From NCBI GenBank assembly GCA_905178155.1, contig CAJINV010000002.1, positions 4,277,651-4,341,650 of the forward strand: a stretch of DNA of 64,000 nucleotides, given 5' to 3'. Origin of the DNA: Amoebophrya sp. A120 (Eukaryota > Protista > Dinoflagellata). The notes under the pieces were generated by a model. The model was not told where the DNA came from, did no database searches, and worked only from the letters and a program-made list of their open reading frames with translations. Position numbers and translations under genes: made by a program. Shown piece after piece: positions 1 to 12,600 of this stretch (positions within the stretch are counted from its first letter, which is position 1; every line of letters starts with the position of its first letter).

Positions 1-176
1 TCTAGGCATCACAAATAGGACTAGGTCGCGCAGCACCAGCGCGAACCTCGTGAGGGCCGGAATGGGCTAACCACCTCTGTGGTCCCATTTTTGTTCTCCC
101 GTGGCCAGCCCTTGCCTACAAAAATGATGACACCGGGGGAGCGCTGCAGACACGCAGCCAATGCCCAGGATGCGAG

Positions 177-1513
177 GACTCCCGCATCCCTAGTACAACC
201 AAGACGCATGGTCGTATGGCAAACGCGTCCTCTCATGCCGCGAACTCGAAAAACGAAAGAAATCCTCTGTAGCATCTCGCTTCCCGGAGCTGCGTTGCAA
301 GGCCGAAAACAGCAAAGCGAAACGCGTTCGACCAGCGCCAAGCCGCATAAGGCTGCCCGCAGAGACGACGCCCGCCGCTTTGTAGCTGAGCAATAGGCGG
401 GCCCGGAAAACAAGAACACCGACAACCAGCCATAGACGGACCGCTCTTTTCGCTCGATCAATGGGAGCAACATCGCCACGGAAGCCTTTACTTTGGGTGC
501 GCTGTATTGCATGCCAAAAGCAAAAACGGCACTGCGCGCGCCAGCACTGACAGGGGCTGCAGGCTGCCCTTGCATAGGGCGCAGAACTACTGTAGGCCCC
601 CTTCGCACCTGCTCGCGCGCTCTGTTAGTTTGAATTGCAGTGGCTGGCGCGCTCTGCTTTGTTTCTGTGCTGAAGCAAAACAATGATGGGCGGTAGCGGG
701 GTCATGGGGTGGGGGAGGCGGGGCTTTCTCTTGAATGATTCACGGACGGGCAGCGTTTTTTTGCCTTTTCTGAGGATATTCATTCGGGAGCCGGCTCTTG
801 TTGTGAATTTTCGCAAGAAGCGCTGCTTTTCTGGATCCCGATTTTGAATCATTCAGCGGCCGGGAGCAAGCGGCCGCGCCTTGCTTCCCTTTTTTTTGCC
901 TCTAGGCACACACGCCGCAGGCCTGGGCAGAAGCCTGGCGCACACGCTGCCAGATTGCATTCCAGGCGCAGAACTACCTTGCTTACCGTCTAGGTATGGG
1001 GTGCGTCTTGTTCTGAGTTGCAGAACGAAGAAAAACCTTGCAGGCGGCGGCAACGAAGCCAAGGCGGGCACGTAGCTGCGCGCGCAGGCACGTAGCGACG
1101 CCTATACTTCTTCTCCCCGGTGCTTGTTGGAGCAGCTACGATGCGCCGATGAAACAATGCGCAACTATTTCCGCGTGCCGGAGGCGGAGGCCGCTGCCAC
1201 GCCTCAGACCTCCGCTGGCGCCGTTGGCGTTGCTTTTTTTGCCGCGCCTGCTCGGTAGTTGCCGGCGGCGGATCCTAGTTGTGGGTCTGCCATAAACAGC
1301 GACTGTTTTGAAACTCAGGGCGTGGCTGTTGAACCCGGAAAACGTCGGCTTCGGTGTCGGTGACGGGCGTGTTTGAAAAAATCACTCTTCTGCAAAGTGT
1401 AAATATTCACGGCCGATTTTGAATATATTCAAAATAGATCCATGAAGCTAAATGGACTTTGTCCCTTCATAGACTCCCGCATCCCTAGTACAACCAAGAC
1501 GCATGGTCGTATG
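177..1513 (+). repeat. 42-bp exact direct repeat pair (177-218 and 1472-1513)
   Basis: GACTCCCGCATCCCTAGTACAACCAAGACGCATGGTCGTATG at both positions. Confidence 0.85.
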
Positions 1514-4473
1514 TCGTGAGGTCACGAACGTTCTATCCTAGCTGTTTTTTTGACAGCTCCCATCCAAAACGACCGGCAGTCTTCAAGCCGCCGGAAGTGT
1601 TTTTTGACACAAAAGATTTTCAATTACCTACAGCCTATTAGCGTTCTTGCGCCGCACGTGGGAGGCGGGTTTCTGTTTGTACGTGTATAATTAGAATTAC
1701 ATTTACAACCAAACAGAAGGCCGACTGAACAGGAGCAGCGCTTCGACTTTTTCATATGTAGTGTACGCCATTTATAAGTTTACTTTGCGTAGTGAGTATG
1801 TTTATGTACGAGTTCACCTGCTGGAAGATATGTACAATTTTAGAAGATGGGAAACATCTGCAGCCTGAAGCTGAACTTGAGGTCTTTGATGTGTAGTTCT
1901 CCACTTTCGATGAGGTGAGGAAAGAGCAACAGGCTAACTCATACGATCAAAGTTGTACGTGTATGGGTTCTTAGAGGATCATGATGAATTGAACTAACAG
2001 CAAGGCCAGACAGTTTTTATTTTTTCTACTGATCTTTCTCCCGGCGGCTAGATGCAAACAATAAAGCATTAATTATAAGGTAGAGCTAAGTGGATCTTGA
2101 CTGCACTCCAAAAGGTATCAAGAAACAGCTAGGACGATGATGAAGCAAATCTTTTGCAACCAGAAAAGCTAAAAAAGCGATATCTTATCAAGATGCATCT
2201 TGCTCGATTAGGATTATCTGCTACTTTTCGACGAAAAGCACACCACTAAAAGAACGCATTGACTTTGTATTGTCTGCTCCGGTTTTGAACAACAAAAAAA
2301 TCATTCTTGTACACCAATCGAATCAACACGCGAAGCTTTCACGCTAGTAGGGGCACATTAACTGCGGAGGTTTTGTATTCATTCTGATAATTTTAATTTC
2401 TGGCCATTTTCCTGCCTGTTATCTCGGAGCTAGATATTACGGTACAAGAACTGGGCAACAAGAACACAGTCGGTTTTTTCGACGAGGACTTTAAGCCCAC
2501 CTAATTACAATTAGTACCTCTACAACCCTCGAGATTTGTTAGATGCCACAGAATGATCTTCAAAAACCGCACTGCTCAGAGGCAATCGTACCTTGTGCAG
2601 GAAAGTGATAAGTGAAGTAGAGTTGCTCTAACTTTACACATTATAACCCGGTTCAAAAAAGAAAAAGATGGGAGTCCTCGAATAAGTTCTCATCTCCCGT
2701 CGATTCTGGTGGTGTTCTTGAATCGCATCTACTTCTTCACTGCTGGCAAAAAAATAGGCCGCGTGTGCAGGAGCTCGGGCTGAAACTGGGTGGTTAGTGC
2801 AAAACTTATTTTCGGTCCCGGTACACGTGCGCCAGATCGTTCTCAGTTGGAAGCCACCAGAGCAGAATTTTGCACCATCATGTCTCGAAGTCAAATTTTT
2901 TGGACTTGTTCCAACACGTAGTGGTCTATTGCGAGGAAGCAGCTTCAAGGCTAAGGAAGCGCGTCAACAGAAATCTGGATCCAACTCCAAGTTGCGGTAG
3001 CAACTCCAAGAAGTTTTTTTTTTTTTGTAGTAAGTACATGCAGGTCGAGCTTTTGCTTTTCAGGAAAAGAAAGAATACGAAATGCTTTAGCCAGCTCTAA
3101 ATATCAGCACGCAAGAAATTTTAGGGTAAGTTGCAACAGAAATAGATACAGAATGACAAGGACCACGAGATTGTGATTGATAATAAAGACAAACTAGGCA
3201 CTAGAAAGACATATAATTAAAGCGTCGCAGTCGCAGAGTAGCGTTCTTGCGCACATCGAATAAAATGCATCATTTCAACATCACCCACATCGACATCCAT
3301 ATCTAGCATCTGCATATCGACTACAAAAAATAGAAAAATGTAAATAAAAATGTGTTGTAACAGGGTCTTGAAATGATCATTATCTGAGCAGGACCGGAGC
3401 TCACGCCTTCACCACTGCATGTACAACTTTGCGCATGACCAACGAATCATGGATCTCTGAGAATAATGAAGAAAAGGAAAACAAAGGCACATCAAAAGGA
3501 TTCACATGAACAACGGGGGGGGACGCAGAAGTCCTGTAGTAGCTCATCTTCATCTGTTGTTCTCCGTGCTGGTTTTTCTCAAAAAGAACCCGATGAAAAG
3601 TTCATGTCGCGACCACAACTGTTCCTGTACGTAGAGCCGGTGCTCACGACAAAGAACATCCTATTCTTGTTGATCACCTTTGGACTATTTGCAAGCCAAA
3701 CAGGCTGTTCACTTTTTCTATTATTTTTTTTTCCCGGTAATTTTCAATTTTATGAGATCCTGAAGATGCACGCCCACACGCCTTATTTCCTAGGCCGCGC
3801 GAGCAAGAACTCTCTGTGGCAGAGATCGAAGTGTCTATTCCTGCAAGCAAAGACCGTCGAGCAGATGATTTGTATAGCCTGCGCAGCAACTGCAACCTTT
3901 AGGACGAAAAACTCACTCCAACTCTCTCTCTCTCTCCCTTCTCAATGCGGCGGTCCTTAAAGTGTTTGTATCCGCATCTTGGACGTCGAAGTTCTAGCAC
4001 GACGTACTTACACCAGAACGCCGAACCGCAGCACTTCTGTAGCCTTTAGTAGAGTACTATGGATTTCAATTTTTTCATCATAATGTGGTGTCTTTATGTG
4101 CGTCGCAATACTTCTTTACGTAAAACAAGAAAAAACCATATGCGTATTTGATACTTTCGCAGCGACAACATCAATCTGGAAACAAGGCTGGATTTTTGAG
4201 AAAAAAGTATTAAGAAGACTACAACGTCTAGCGCGACAAGCAGTACTAGCACCTCCATGTAGTAGAGTTAAGCGGCTTTTTTATATATCCCCTTCTTTTA
4301 TTACTAGTCTCTCTCTCTCTTCCAAAGCAGACCAATTTGTTGTTCACTGTGTTAGAAGTTATTTGTGAACTACGTGATGAACAACATCACCAGCAGGGGC
4401 CCATCAATACTAGTAGATACCAGGAATAGAAATTGAAATAGACAAGAACTTCAGAAATAATTGAAGTCAAAAC

Positions 4474-7400
4474 ATGACGTCCAAGCTGGAAACCAAGGGC
4501 GTCCGGGTCTTCCTGGGGAACATTCCCTTTGATATCATGGAAAAAAGTGTTGTACGTTAACGGAATTTGTGATGCAGTGACGCGTCACAAAAGAACGTGT
4601 CCAAATTTGTCATGCGTAGAATGCATATTAGGCAAAATCTGTCATGCATATTTGCAATCTCTGAGTTGCGTGCGCGGCCCATCCGTGTTCCGCGTAAATC
4701 TCTACAGGAGAGTGTACGCCGCGTCGAAAGGCTCCCTTCCGTACGGAGCGCCCCGAACCCGTTTTAGCGCACCTTTATGATGGCCTTTCTGTTATAAGGA
4801 GGGGGAGTTAGACCAGTTTGCAGAACCCAGTCTGTTTATGCTAGCAAAGGGCTAGTGCGCTGTAGACCCCCAGGACCAGGTAGACTCAGTCCCGACCGAA
4901 GTGGTAGGCGCTTAGGGTGAACTATGTATGTAGCGCTTAGGGCCCTTCCGTACGGCCGATTTGTATGCCCGCAACGGGGTTCGCCTAAGTCGGTCATTTG
5001 TATGCAAGGCGTTGGGTTACCCGGTCGGCAGAGCCGATCCACAACGAACGAACGATATTTGCAATCTCTGAAAACCATTAACGTTAACACTTTTTTGTTT
5101 GATATTTGAAGCCACGGAGCAGGACTTGATGTCGATCTGCGAGTATCCTGTGCAAAAGCATCGTACAACTAGTACTAATTGCAGGTATGCATTACAAATC
5201 TAGATGTTAAGGGAAATCCGCATTACAAACTTGATTTGTAATGCTGAGCCAATTTGTGATGCGATTCATACTATTACGATGCTTTTGCAGTTCATAGCGA
5301 GCTCGCCGGCCGCGTGGTGGAGTTCCGGTTTGTGATGGACAACAAGCGCGGGCGGCACAAGGGCACGGGGTTTTTATCCTGTGCAAAAGTATCTGATACT
5401 CGTATTGCAGTCATGCATTACAAATCTTGTTCTTAAGCTAAATCCGCATTACAAATTTCATTTTTCATGCTGAGGAGCAAATTTGTGATGCATTTATGCG
5501 AGTACGAGAGATACTTTTGCAATGCATAGTTTTGCGAGTACCCCGATGTGGACACCGCGCAGGCCGCGATCCGGAACCTGGGAAAGTTTCCCCTGAAGGG
5601 TATCGTAAGGAAAAATCCTCCGCCCTCCCCATAATGACGAGGTTCGTTTTCGAAAATTTGTGTTGCTGATTTGTGACCACAAATCGCATCTGTCTTGCAA
5701 GAAGGCAACTCCACAGGCCCAGCCGCATTTTTATGCAGGCGGTTTGTCATGCTGTTGGGCCTAGTACAGCGCGGACGCTTTTCGTGCTAAGCGCCTAGGC
5801 AAATAAAAAAGCCCCTCGTCTCCTCAGGCTCCTCGATAAGGGCCCGCAGTCCCCTCCAGCAACACAAATCTGATTTGTGTACGCAAATCCAGCATCAGAA
5901 ACTTCGTTGTTGTGATACGGGGAGGGGGGCTTTTTCCTTTTGATAAAGGGCCGAGAACTGATCGTCGACTGGGCGGACAACGAGATGAAATCGATATGAC
6001 AGTGCACAACTCCCCCTCCCCCTCATTTGTGGTGCAAAGGCCCCAATTTTTAATTTGGTGCCTTATATATAATGGCACTGTTTGCATGACAAATTTCGGA
6101 AGCCCAAATAAAAGTACCACGCTCGGCCCGTGAACTTGTTATGCACAGGTTCCAAGTGATGTCTTGGTGTTTGTATTGCTGCTCATGCCGTGCAAATGAG
6201 GGGGAGGGGGAGTTGCGCACTCTCATAGCCGAAGCAGTCCCTGTCGAAGATTTTGACGCTGGACCAGTTTTATCAAATGCAAAAATGTCTGGGTCTGGAA
6301 GATTCTGAAACTTGTGATGCACGTTTTGCATGAGCCATGATGTCTGTAATGCATGCCCTAGCATCGTCACAGGCGACCTTTTGATGGCATCTTGATGCCT
6401 ATTCCGCATGACAAATGCTCCGCGTAGCAAAAATCGCACTCCCTTATTTGTTGCTCATGCAATACAGATTTTTTCGGAATCCAAACGCAGCATCACAAGT
6501 TGCGTTCTCCCAGACCCAGACATATTTGCATTTGATAAGTTTGACCAAGTCGGCAACCGCATCTCCGGGCTGATGAAGCGGTCGGAGCAGGAAGTCCAGA
6601 AGATCGACCCGCAGGACTGTTCCTTGCTCGGCGAGGTCGCCCAGGTGGTGCACAACTGTAGCTGCTCCCAGCTCCTTTACGTGTTGTCCGAACTGCAGCG
6701 GATGGCGCACTTATCACCGGACGGCACGAAGAAGTGGCTCAAGGAGAACGCGCTTGTGGCGCACGCCGTGCAGCACATGTGCTTCGTGGTCGGGATTTCG
6801 GACGATTCCCTGCTGCTGCGCGACGCCAACAAAAAAACGTTCGGGGCACTGAGTCTAAACCCGGAGAAAGTATCAAATGTAAAAATGTCTGGGTCTGGAA
6901 GATTTCGAGATTTGTCATGCATATTTTCCATGAGCCATGATGTCTGTGATGCATGCCGTAGCATCACAGATTTTTAGAGAGCTTTGTGATACCTCTACCG
7001 CATGAGAAATCCCCTCTCCGCGTAGCACAAAATGTAGTCCTCTTGCTGGTCATGCAATACAAATCTTTTTAGAATCCAGAGACAGCATCACAAGTTCCAA
7101 CCTTCCAGACCCAGACATTTTTTCACTTGATAGAAAGACGACATGAACAACGTTTTTACGATGAACGAGGAAGAGATTTTGAAAAGCAGGAGCAAAAAGT
7201 ACTATACTTTCTTACAACCACGAGGAGCTATTCAATTCTTTCTAGCGCTTGTTCAATATTTGATAATCAAATACGTGAGTTTGCGCATATGCATTCCTGA
7301 GGAACCCCCCGCTTTCATGCACAACTTCATGCTATACAACTTGAAATAAATACAAAATCGAAAAAATCAAAATCCACTTTAGGCTCCGCGAGAAGCTTTG

Positions 7401-8680
7401 GGGTAAGGAGTTCCAGCCCATCAGCAAGAAGGAAGTCAACCTTTCCTTCCTCCGAAAGCTCGAAAAGCTTGACCAGGCACTATCAAATGTAAAAATGTCT
7501 GGGTCTGGAAGAATGCAAGGGTTGTCATGCTTGTCTGGCATGACCCATGATGCTTGTAATGCATGATCCAGCATCTTCACAGATTTTTGGAAGGCTTCCT
7601 GATGCCATTTCCGCATGACAAATGGCCTCCTCGCGTAGCACAAGCGGGGGTCCTCTTGCTGGTCATGCAATACAGATTTTTTTAGAGTCCAAAGTTAGCA
7701 TCACAAGTTCGAACTTTCCAGACCCAGACATTTTTGCATTTGATAGGCGCAGATCTTCGACTACCTGCGAAATTTGAAGCCCGAGGAGGTCGCCGCTTTA
7801 CCGACTGAGCTACAACTGCAGGCGCAGGCCGTCCGGGCGAGTCAGAAGGACTCGCACGAAGACGAGCGCTTGTACAATCGCAACAAGCGGGACCGGGAGC
7901 AGTACGGAGGCGGTGGCCAGTATCCAAGGAAAAAACATTCTTAGTGCTGTAAATTTGTGATGCGCAACATGCAAATCGATGGATTGCGCCTGTCATGCTG
8001 TGCCTGCATTATATAGGGTTCATTCAAGGGCGTTTTCACGTACAATCTGAGCATGACAGGTTTTTGCTGTCATGCGAGACGAGATATTTGTCATGCTAAT
8101 CTTTCAAGAAAGTTCTTAGTCTTACAACACCTACAATCTTTTTTTCTCCGATAGCCAGCAACACGAGCGGGGCGGGGGGAACCATGGGGGACCACACCAG
8201 CAACATCGAGGGCACGGTAGAGACGGCGGTGGTAATATGAACAACCGGGATAATTATGGTGGTGGAGGACAACATCATCATAACCGAGATCCCCGCGGTA
8301 ACAGAGACAACAACTGGGACGGACCCGGAGGTGCTGGTGACCGCCAACATGGGAACAATCCGAATTATATTAACAAAGGTGGTGGTGGTGGGAACAATTA
8401 TGGGCCGAACTACAACCGTGGAGGCGGAGGTGGTGATCGCGATAATTACGGCGGCGGACACCAGAACCGAGGGCCGGGTGGAGGTGGTGACCACCGAGGA
8501 GACAACTATGGTCACCAGCACAGTAACCGCGGCAACAAGGGTGGTGGTGGGCACCACCAGCACAACCGGGGGAAGGGCGGAGGTGGGGGGAATCAGAATC
8601 ACCCCTACGGAGGCGGGGGTGGCGGGCACCGCGGCACGGGCAGCAACGCCATCGGGTTTCACGATTTGCAGGGGTATTGA
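4474..8680 (+). CDS. CSTF2: Cleavage stimulation factor 64 kDa subunit (CstF-64/Rna15-like), ~494 aa, split by 9 TIR elements and 1 probable GA-AG intron
   Basis: Reconstruction gives an RRM (VRVFLGNIPFEATEQDLMSICELAGRVVEFRFVMDNKRGRHKGTGFCEYPDVDTAQAAIRNLGKFPLKGRELIVDWA), a hinge-like segment (SQLLYVLSELQRMAHLSPDGTKKWLKENALVAHAVQHM), a C-terminal-like segment (QIFDYLRNLKPEEVAALPTELQ) and a Gly/Asn/His tail. Spliced length 1485 nt, stop-free. Confidence 0.9.
4533..5104. mobile_element. TIR introner-like element (AAAAAAGTGT family) containing a nested insert
   Basis: TATCATGGAAAAAAGTGTT...AACACTTTTTTGTTTGATA, DR TTTGA/TTTGA; removal gives GNIPF-E-ATEQ. Confidence 0.92.
4665..5054 (+). mobile_element. 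Nested retroposon-like insert (SINE-like or 5'-truncated non-LTR element)
   Basis: Flanked by 17-bp direct repeat ATATTTGCAATCTCTGA (4648-4664, 5055-5071) and ends in (AACG)3. Confidence 0.7.
5144..5296. mobile_element. TIR introner-like element (TGCAAAAGTATC family)
   Basis: TATCCTGTGCAAAAGCATCGTA...TACGATGCTTTTGCAGTTCATA, DR GCGAG; frame restored (ICE-LAG). Confidence 0.93.
5375..5528. mobile_element. TIR introner-like element (TGCAAAAGTATC family)
   Basis: TATCCTGTGCAAAAGTATC...GATACTTTTGCAATGCATA, DR GTTTT; splits RNP1 KGTGF-CEY. Confidence 0.93.
5601..5945. mobile_element. TIR introner-like element (AGGAAAAATCC family)
   Basis: TATCGTAAGGAAAAATCC...TTTTTCCTTTTGATA, DR AAGGG; restores LKG-RELIVDWA; similar to 37550-37871. 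Confidence 0.92.
5995..6227. mobile_element. TIR introner-like element (CCCCCTCCCCC subterminal)
   Basis: ~35-bp TIR TATGACAGTGCACAACTCCCCCTCCCCCTCATTTG; DR imperfect ATCGA/GCCGA; frame restored. Confidence 0.88.
6271..6537. mobile_element. TIR introner-like element (TGTCTGGGTCTGGAA family)
   Basis: TATCAAATGCAAAAATGTCTGGGTCTGG...CCAGACCCAGACATATTTGCATTTGATA, DR AGTTT. Confidence 0.94.
6871..7132. mobile_element. TIR introner-like element (TGTCTGGGTCTGGAA family)
   Basis: TIR plus DR GAAAG; restores PEK-DDM. Confidence 0.94.
7190..7382 (+). other. Probable conventional GA-AG intron of CstF-64
   Basis: AG|GAGC...TTTAG|G; AT-rich interior with stops; removal keeps frame (KS-R-LREKLW); no TIR. 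Confidence 0.6.
7481..7745. mobile_element. TIR introner-like element (TGTCTGGGTCTGGAA family)
   Basis: TIR plus DR GGCAC/GGCGC; restores DQA-QIFD. Confidence 0.93.
7921..8153. mobile_element. TIR introner-like element (diverged TIR)
   Basis: TATCCAAGGAAAAAACATT...AATCTTTTTTTCTCCGATA, DR GCCAG; joins in frame to the Gly-rich ORF 8237-8680. Confidence 0.88.
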
Positions 8681-9612
8681 TGAGGAAGAAGCAGTAGTAC
8701 GTGGCACTTCTACGGGTCCTCGATTATGATGTGCAGCCAGGTGGCAGATATCAGAAGGACGAGCTGGTTGAACGCTTCCACCACCTGCGTACAAAAATAT
8801 TTTTAATCCGTACTTCTACTACTAACGACGACAAAACATATACATAATGTGCGACACTTTTGAAAATGAAATAGGAGAAGCGATGAAATTTCCCCTCTAG
8901 GAAGCGAGCAGAACCAGGCTGACACTAAAGGACAGCAAGCGTGGTAAGTACCAAATGAAAATGGATCGTGAAGATCGAGTTGCTTTACAACTTGTTCTTC
9001 CACCTCTGAAGGATCGGCAATTTGAGATCGTTCCGTTTCGTATTGTCTAGGCTACAAACATGAACTAGGCTGTCGCCTAGTAGAAATAGGATTGTTGAAA
9101 TGTCAAATGTGTGTTTTAAGTGGATCATAGCATAAACATAGTACAAGATCAAAGACGAGCCTCCTCTGGTAGTTCCGCTGGTGATGCAAAATTATCGATC
9201 CTCCTGCATCACCAATGATCTTCCGATGGATGGAACAACTCCCGAAAATCGAGCGGTGGATCTAGATCGTTCACCAAACAACTTCTACAGAGTCATAGAT
9301 ACGTACACATAGTAGTGGACGAGTTCGTGATATGAAAACAAAAAGTGATGTGTCGTTGAACAAAGAAACAGGAGTTGCTTTTGGAAGTGTACTAGGCCTA
9401 GAGAAACTAAGTTTTGGTTAGATTTGGAGTAACATTTTACCACTGGATAACCCGTCGTGGCTCATCTATTCGCGTTCGTTTGGGCGGGCGATATGTATTC
9501 TCATTGTCTTCATCGTCGAGGAACCGCGCGGGGTCATTGTTATTCCTACACCGCTCGTTCATGATTAGCAGGTGAGTATTATCGCCAGTAGTGCGAGAGG
9601 ATCAGCACGAAG

Positions 9613-12600
9613 ATGATGTCGTCACATGATTTTGATTCAGCGTGCGGCACGACGCATGATCATGATAACCACCCTGCTGCGAACGAACAAGTAGAATATG
9701 CTGCTGCGGAGGCCGTGACAACTTCTCCCGTTCTAGTATCAGGAGGGCAGGGGCAGGGCCAGGATGCTGGAGCTCGTACCAACATCTGCGCCCCTGCAGC
9801 CGTTCGTGTGCCGGTTCGGTGGACAAGCCTTTTTCTCCAAGCGCTGAACGAGGCAGACAAGGATTTACTACATCCTGCGAGGAAAATCATGTTGCCTGAT
9901 CAGCATAAGAGCCTGTACGATTAATCGACCCCCTTCTCGATACCGAGAAGCCCCCCCGAGTCCGAATTCTGACCGACCTTACCCCCCCACGCCCCCCTTC
10001 TCGAAATCGGGGGGCTGTTTATCGCGAACCCCGATTCCGAATCCTAACGCCGACGCTACGGCGCATCTTGCGCCAACTATTGCTTCTCTTCAGCTTTCAA
10101 AACCACGGCCGCAGGCGCGGCCCCACTGCTCTTTAGAGGATGACTCGCATCGAGAGAAACCCACACGGAACCCGCGCACTGTGTCGCGTTTTGCTCTTTC
10201 TGTCGGTTTTTTTTGAGCAAGCAGAACCCAGCGAATTTTCGCCCGACTTGCTCGGCAGCTTGTAGCCATCTGCCTCCTTCCATGTCCCGCACCGTTCTCG
10301 CTAAGAAGATCAGGCCGTCATCTTTCGGAGAGCAGTAGCGCAGCGAGTTCGCAACAGATGCGCTCCACGCGCAGTAAAACTTTTCCACTGCGTGGCGGAT
10401 AATTGGATCTCTTGATCTTGTGTACTAAAACAAGAACAGACCTACTCTGCTGTAGATCTCGGAAATTCTTTGGCGCAGCTTGCGGCCTTTTCTTTGGAAT
10501 GGGCCCTATTTGCGCTTCTTTCGAAAAACGCACCGCTCCTCTTGTTCCTCTTCTTGAAAGGCCGCACGTCTTGAAAAAAAGTCACCGAAGCACAGCAGGA
10601 GAGTGAAGACAACTTTTGCCATTGCCCCAGTGAGCTCGGCTTCTTTAGAATTACGCAGCGCGGTTCGGTTTAAAGTGGGCGCCTACCTCCTCCGCGTGGG
10701 GTTTTGCTTTGCAGTGTGTAGATGGATTAGTGCGAAGGCGGGCGGTCTTCAGATTCATTATTTTCTGGCGCTCCTATTTATTGGCTCTAGTTTGGTTCTA
10801 GGGTGGCAATCAAGAAGTCGCAGTCGGATCAGAAACTAGAAAACCAGACAGAAGTCAGTCGCGGAGCCGAGGCGGCAGCCACGACAGCGCCGGCGTGGGG
10901 ATTTCTGCTTATTTCTGCTCTGGCTTTTTAGAAGTGGCTGCGCCGGAAATAGAATTAGAAGCCGCGCCGGGTATACGTGGAAACCACGCTACTAGCCAAC
11001 CACGCTAGCGCACGGCAATAAGAACGCAAGACCAGCGCACACCCATACTCTTTGGATTTGCCAAGTCCTAATCCCTGGCGCTACGGGAGGGGAAGCTCCG
11101 CGCTCACGTTTTGGATTTGGCGGCGAATTGAGCCAGACTGAGTCGGCTACTTTTTGGGAGGCCGGACGACCGACCATACCTACCCCCCCCTTCTCGGTAC
11201 CGAGAAGGGGGTCGATTAATCGTACGGGCTCTAACAAAACGAAGATTCGTCAAGCTGACTGCCATGTCGAAGTTGATCCAGGAGGAACAAGTAGAACCAC
11301 GACAGAAAAGACAAACTCAAATTCTCTTGGTAGATGTGGAGCGCGACCACTTCCACTGACACCAGATGAAAACCACAAGTCTTACTACCAATTCCAGAAA
11401 TTCCATTTGGAGTCCAAGCTGTATAGTAGCAACGTGCTGAAGAAGAGCCGCTACGTTCGATGCGGAAGTTTTTGTTCATCTGGTAGCACCACGAATAACG
11501 CAGAAGTAGAGGGAGCACCAGAAGATCCACGAAGACAAGCCGCAGTAGACCTAGACCTCGGCGTATCCTGAGAAAAAAGTGTTACTGTTACACATAATTG
11601 TCTTGCAGGCCAAGCAAGACAGACAAGCTTTGTCATGCCGGATATGCATAGGAGCCTCCTTTCATAGGTGTTTTCCCGTGTGATTTCTGCATTGCAAGTT
11701 TTCTCTCTCATGCAGAGAAATTTGTGTTGCTGAATTGACAACAAATGTGTAAATGTAACACTTTTTTCGCGCGATACGGCGAGTGCGAAGCGACCCGGGA
11801 CCGCTTGATTCTGCTTTCCTTGGACGGCGGTAAAAGGCTGGCCGCGGAGCTAGAAGAAGTGCGCTCGACGTCCGTGCCGCTAAATGTTGAACTACATGCG
11901 GTGAATATTTGGCCGCAGACCACAGACCCTGAGGAGCCACGGCCTGCTGGCGTGTTGGATAGATTTTTGCAGAACTACGGGTCGTTGTTTTCCAAAAGCG
12001 AACGTACAAAAGTGAAGGAGCTAAAGCCAAAAACTCGTGAAGATGAGAGACGTCGAGATCATCTTTACGTCGATGATGATGATCATTCTGAAGACTCCAC
12101 GATCGCTCCTCTGAGCCCGCCGAAAACGGCACCTGCGGTTGCGGACGCGGCAAACACAACAAGAAGGGACTGCGAAGACGGTGATGTTGAAACGACCACT
12201 AACAATATGTTCGCCGGAGGAAATCTAAATTTGCTAGTGCCGCGCGGTAGAAAGGATAGCACTTGTAACAATGATCTGCTAGACAAGATCAAAGTGTATT
12301 TCAACGTGGCGTGGGACGAGGCTGGACCTGGAGCAGATCCGGATATAATCAAGCCAGGAGATGACCACCAACTACCGCAACAAACCCAAGACACCGGTGC
12401 CGCGTCTTCGTTCTCTCTCCCGCCTTTCGCGGAGTGTTTGCTCCCGGTCAGGGCAAGAAGGGACGATGCGAGGATGAGTCCGCTAAGCTTCACCTACGCC
12501 GAGCTTTTTGCCGGCATTGGGGGTTTCCGAGTTGCGCTCGACGCTCTCGGAGGAGAATGTGTCCTCGCAGCGGAAATTGATAAGGATTGCAGAGACGTTT

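Noticed and set aside
8096-8794. Long antisense and alternative-frame ORFs (also 33831-34727 and 55613-56542)
   Set aside because: They are shadows of low-complexity plus-strand exons.
9921-11219. piggyBac reading of the MITE with a TTAA duplication
   Set aside because: The inverted repeat extends 12 bp outside TTAA, and only the TAA-bounded removal restores the host frame.
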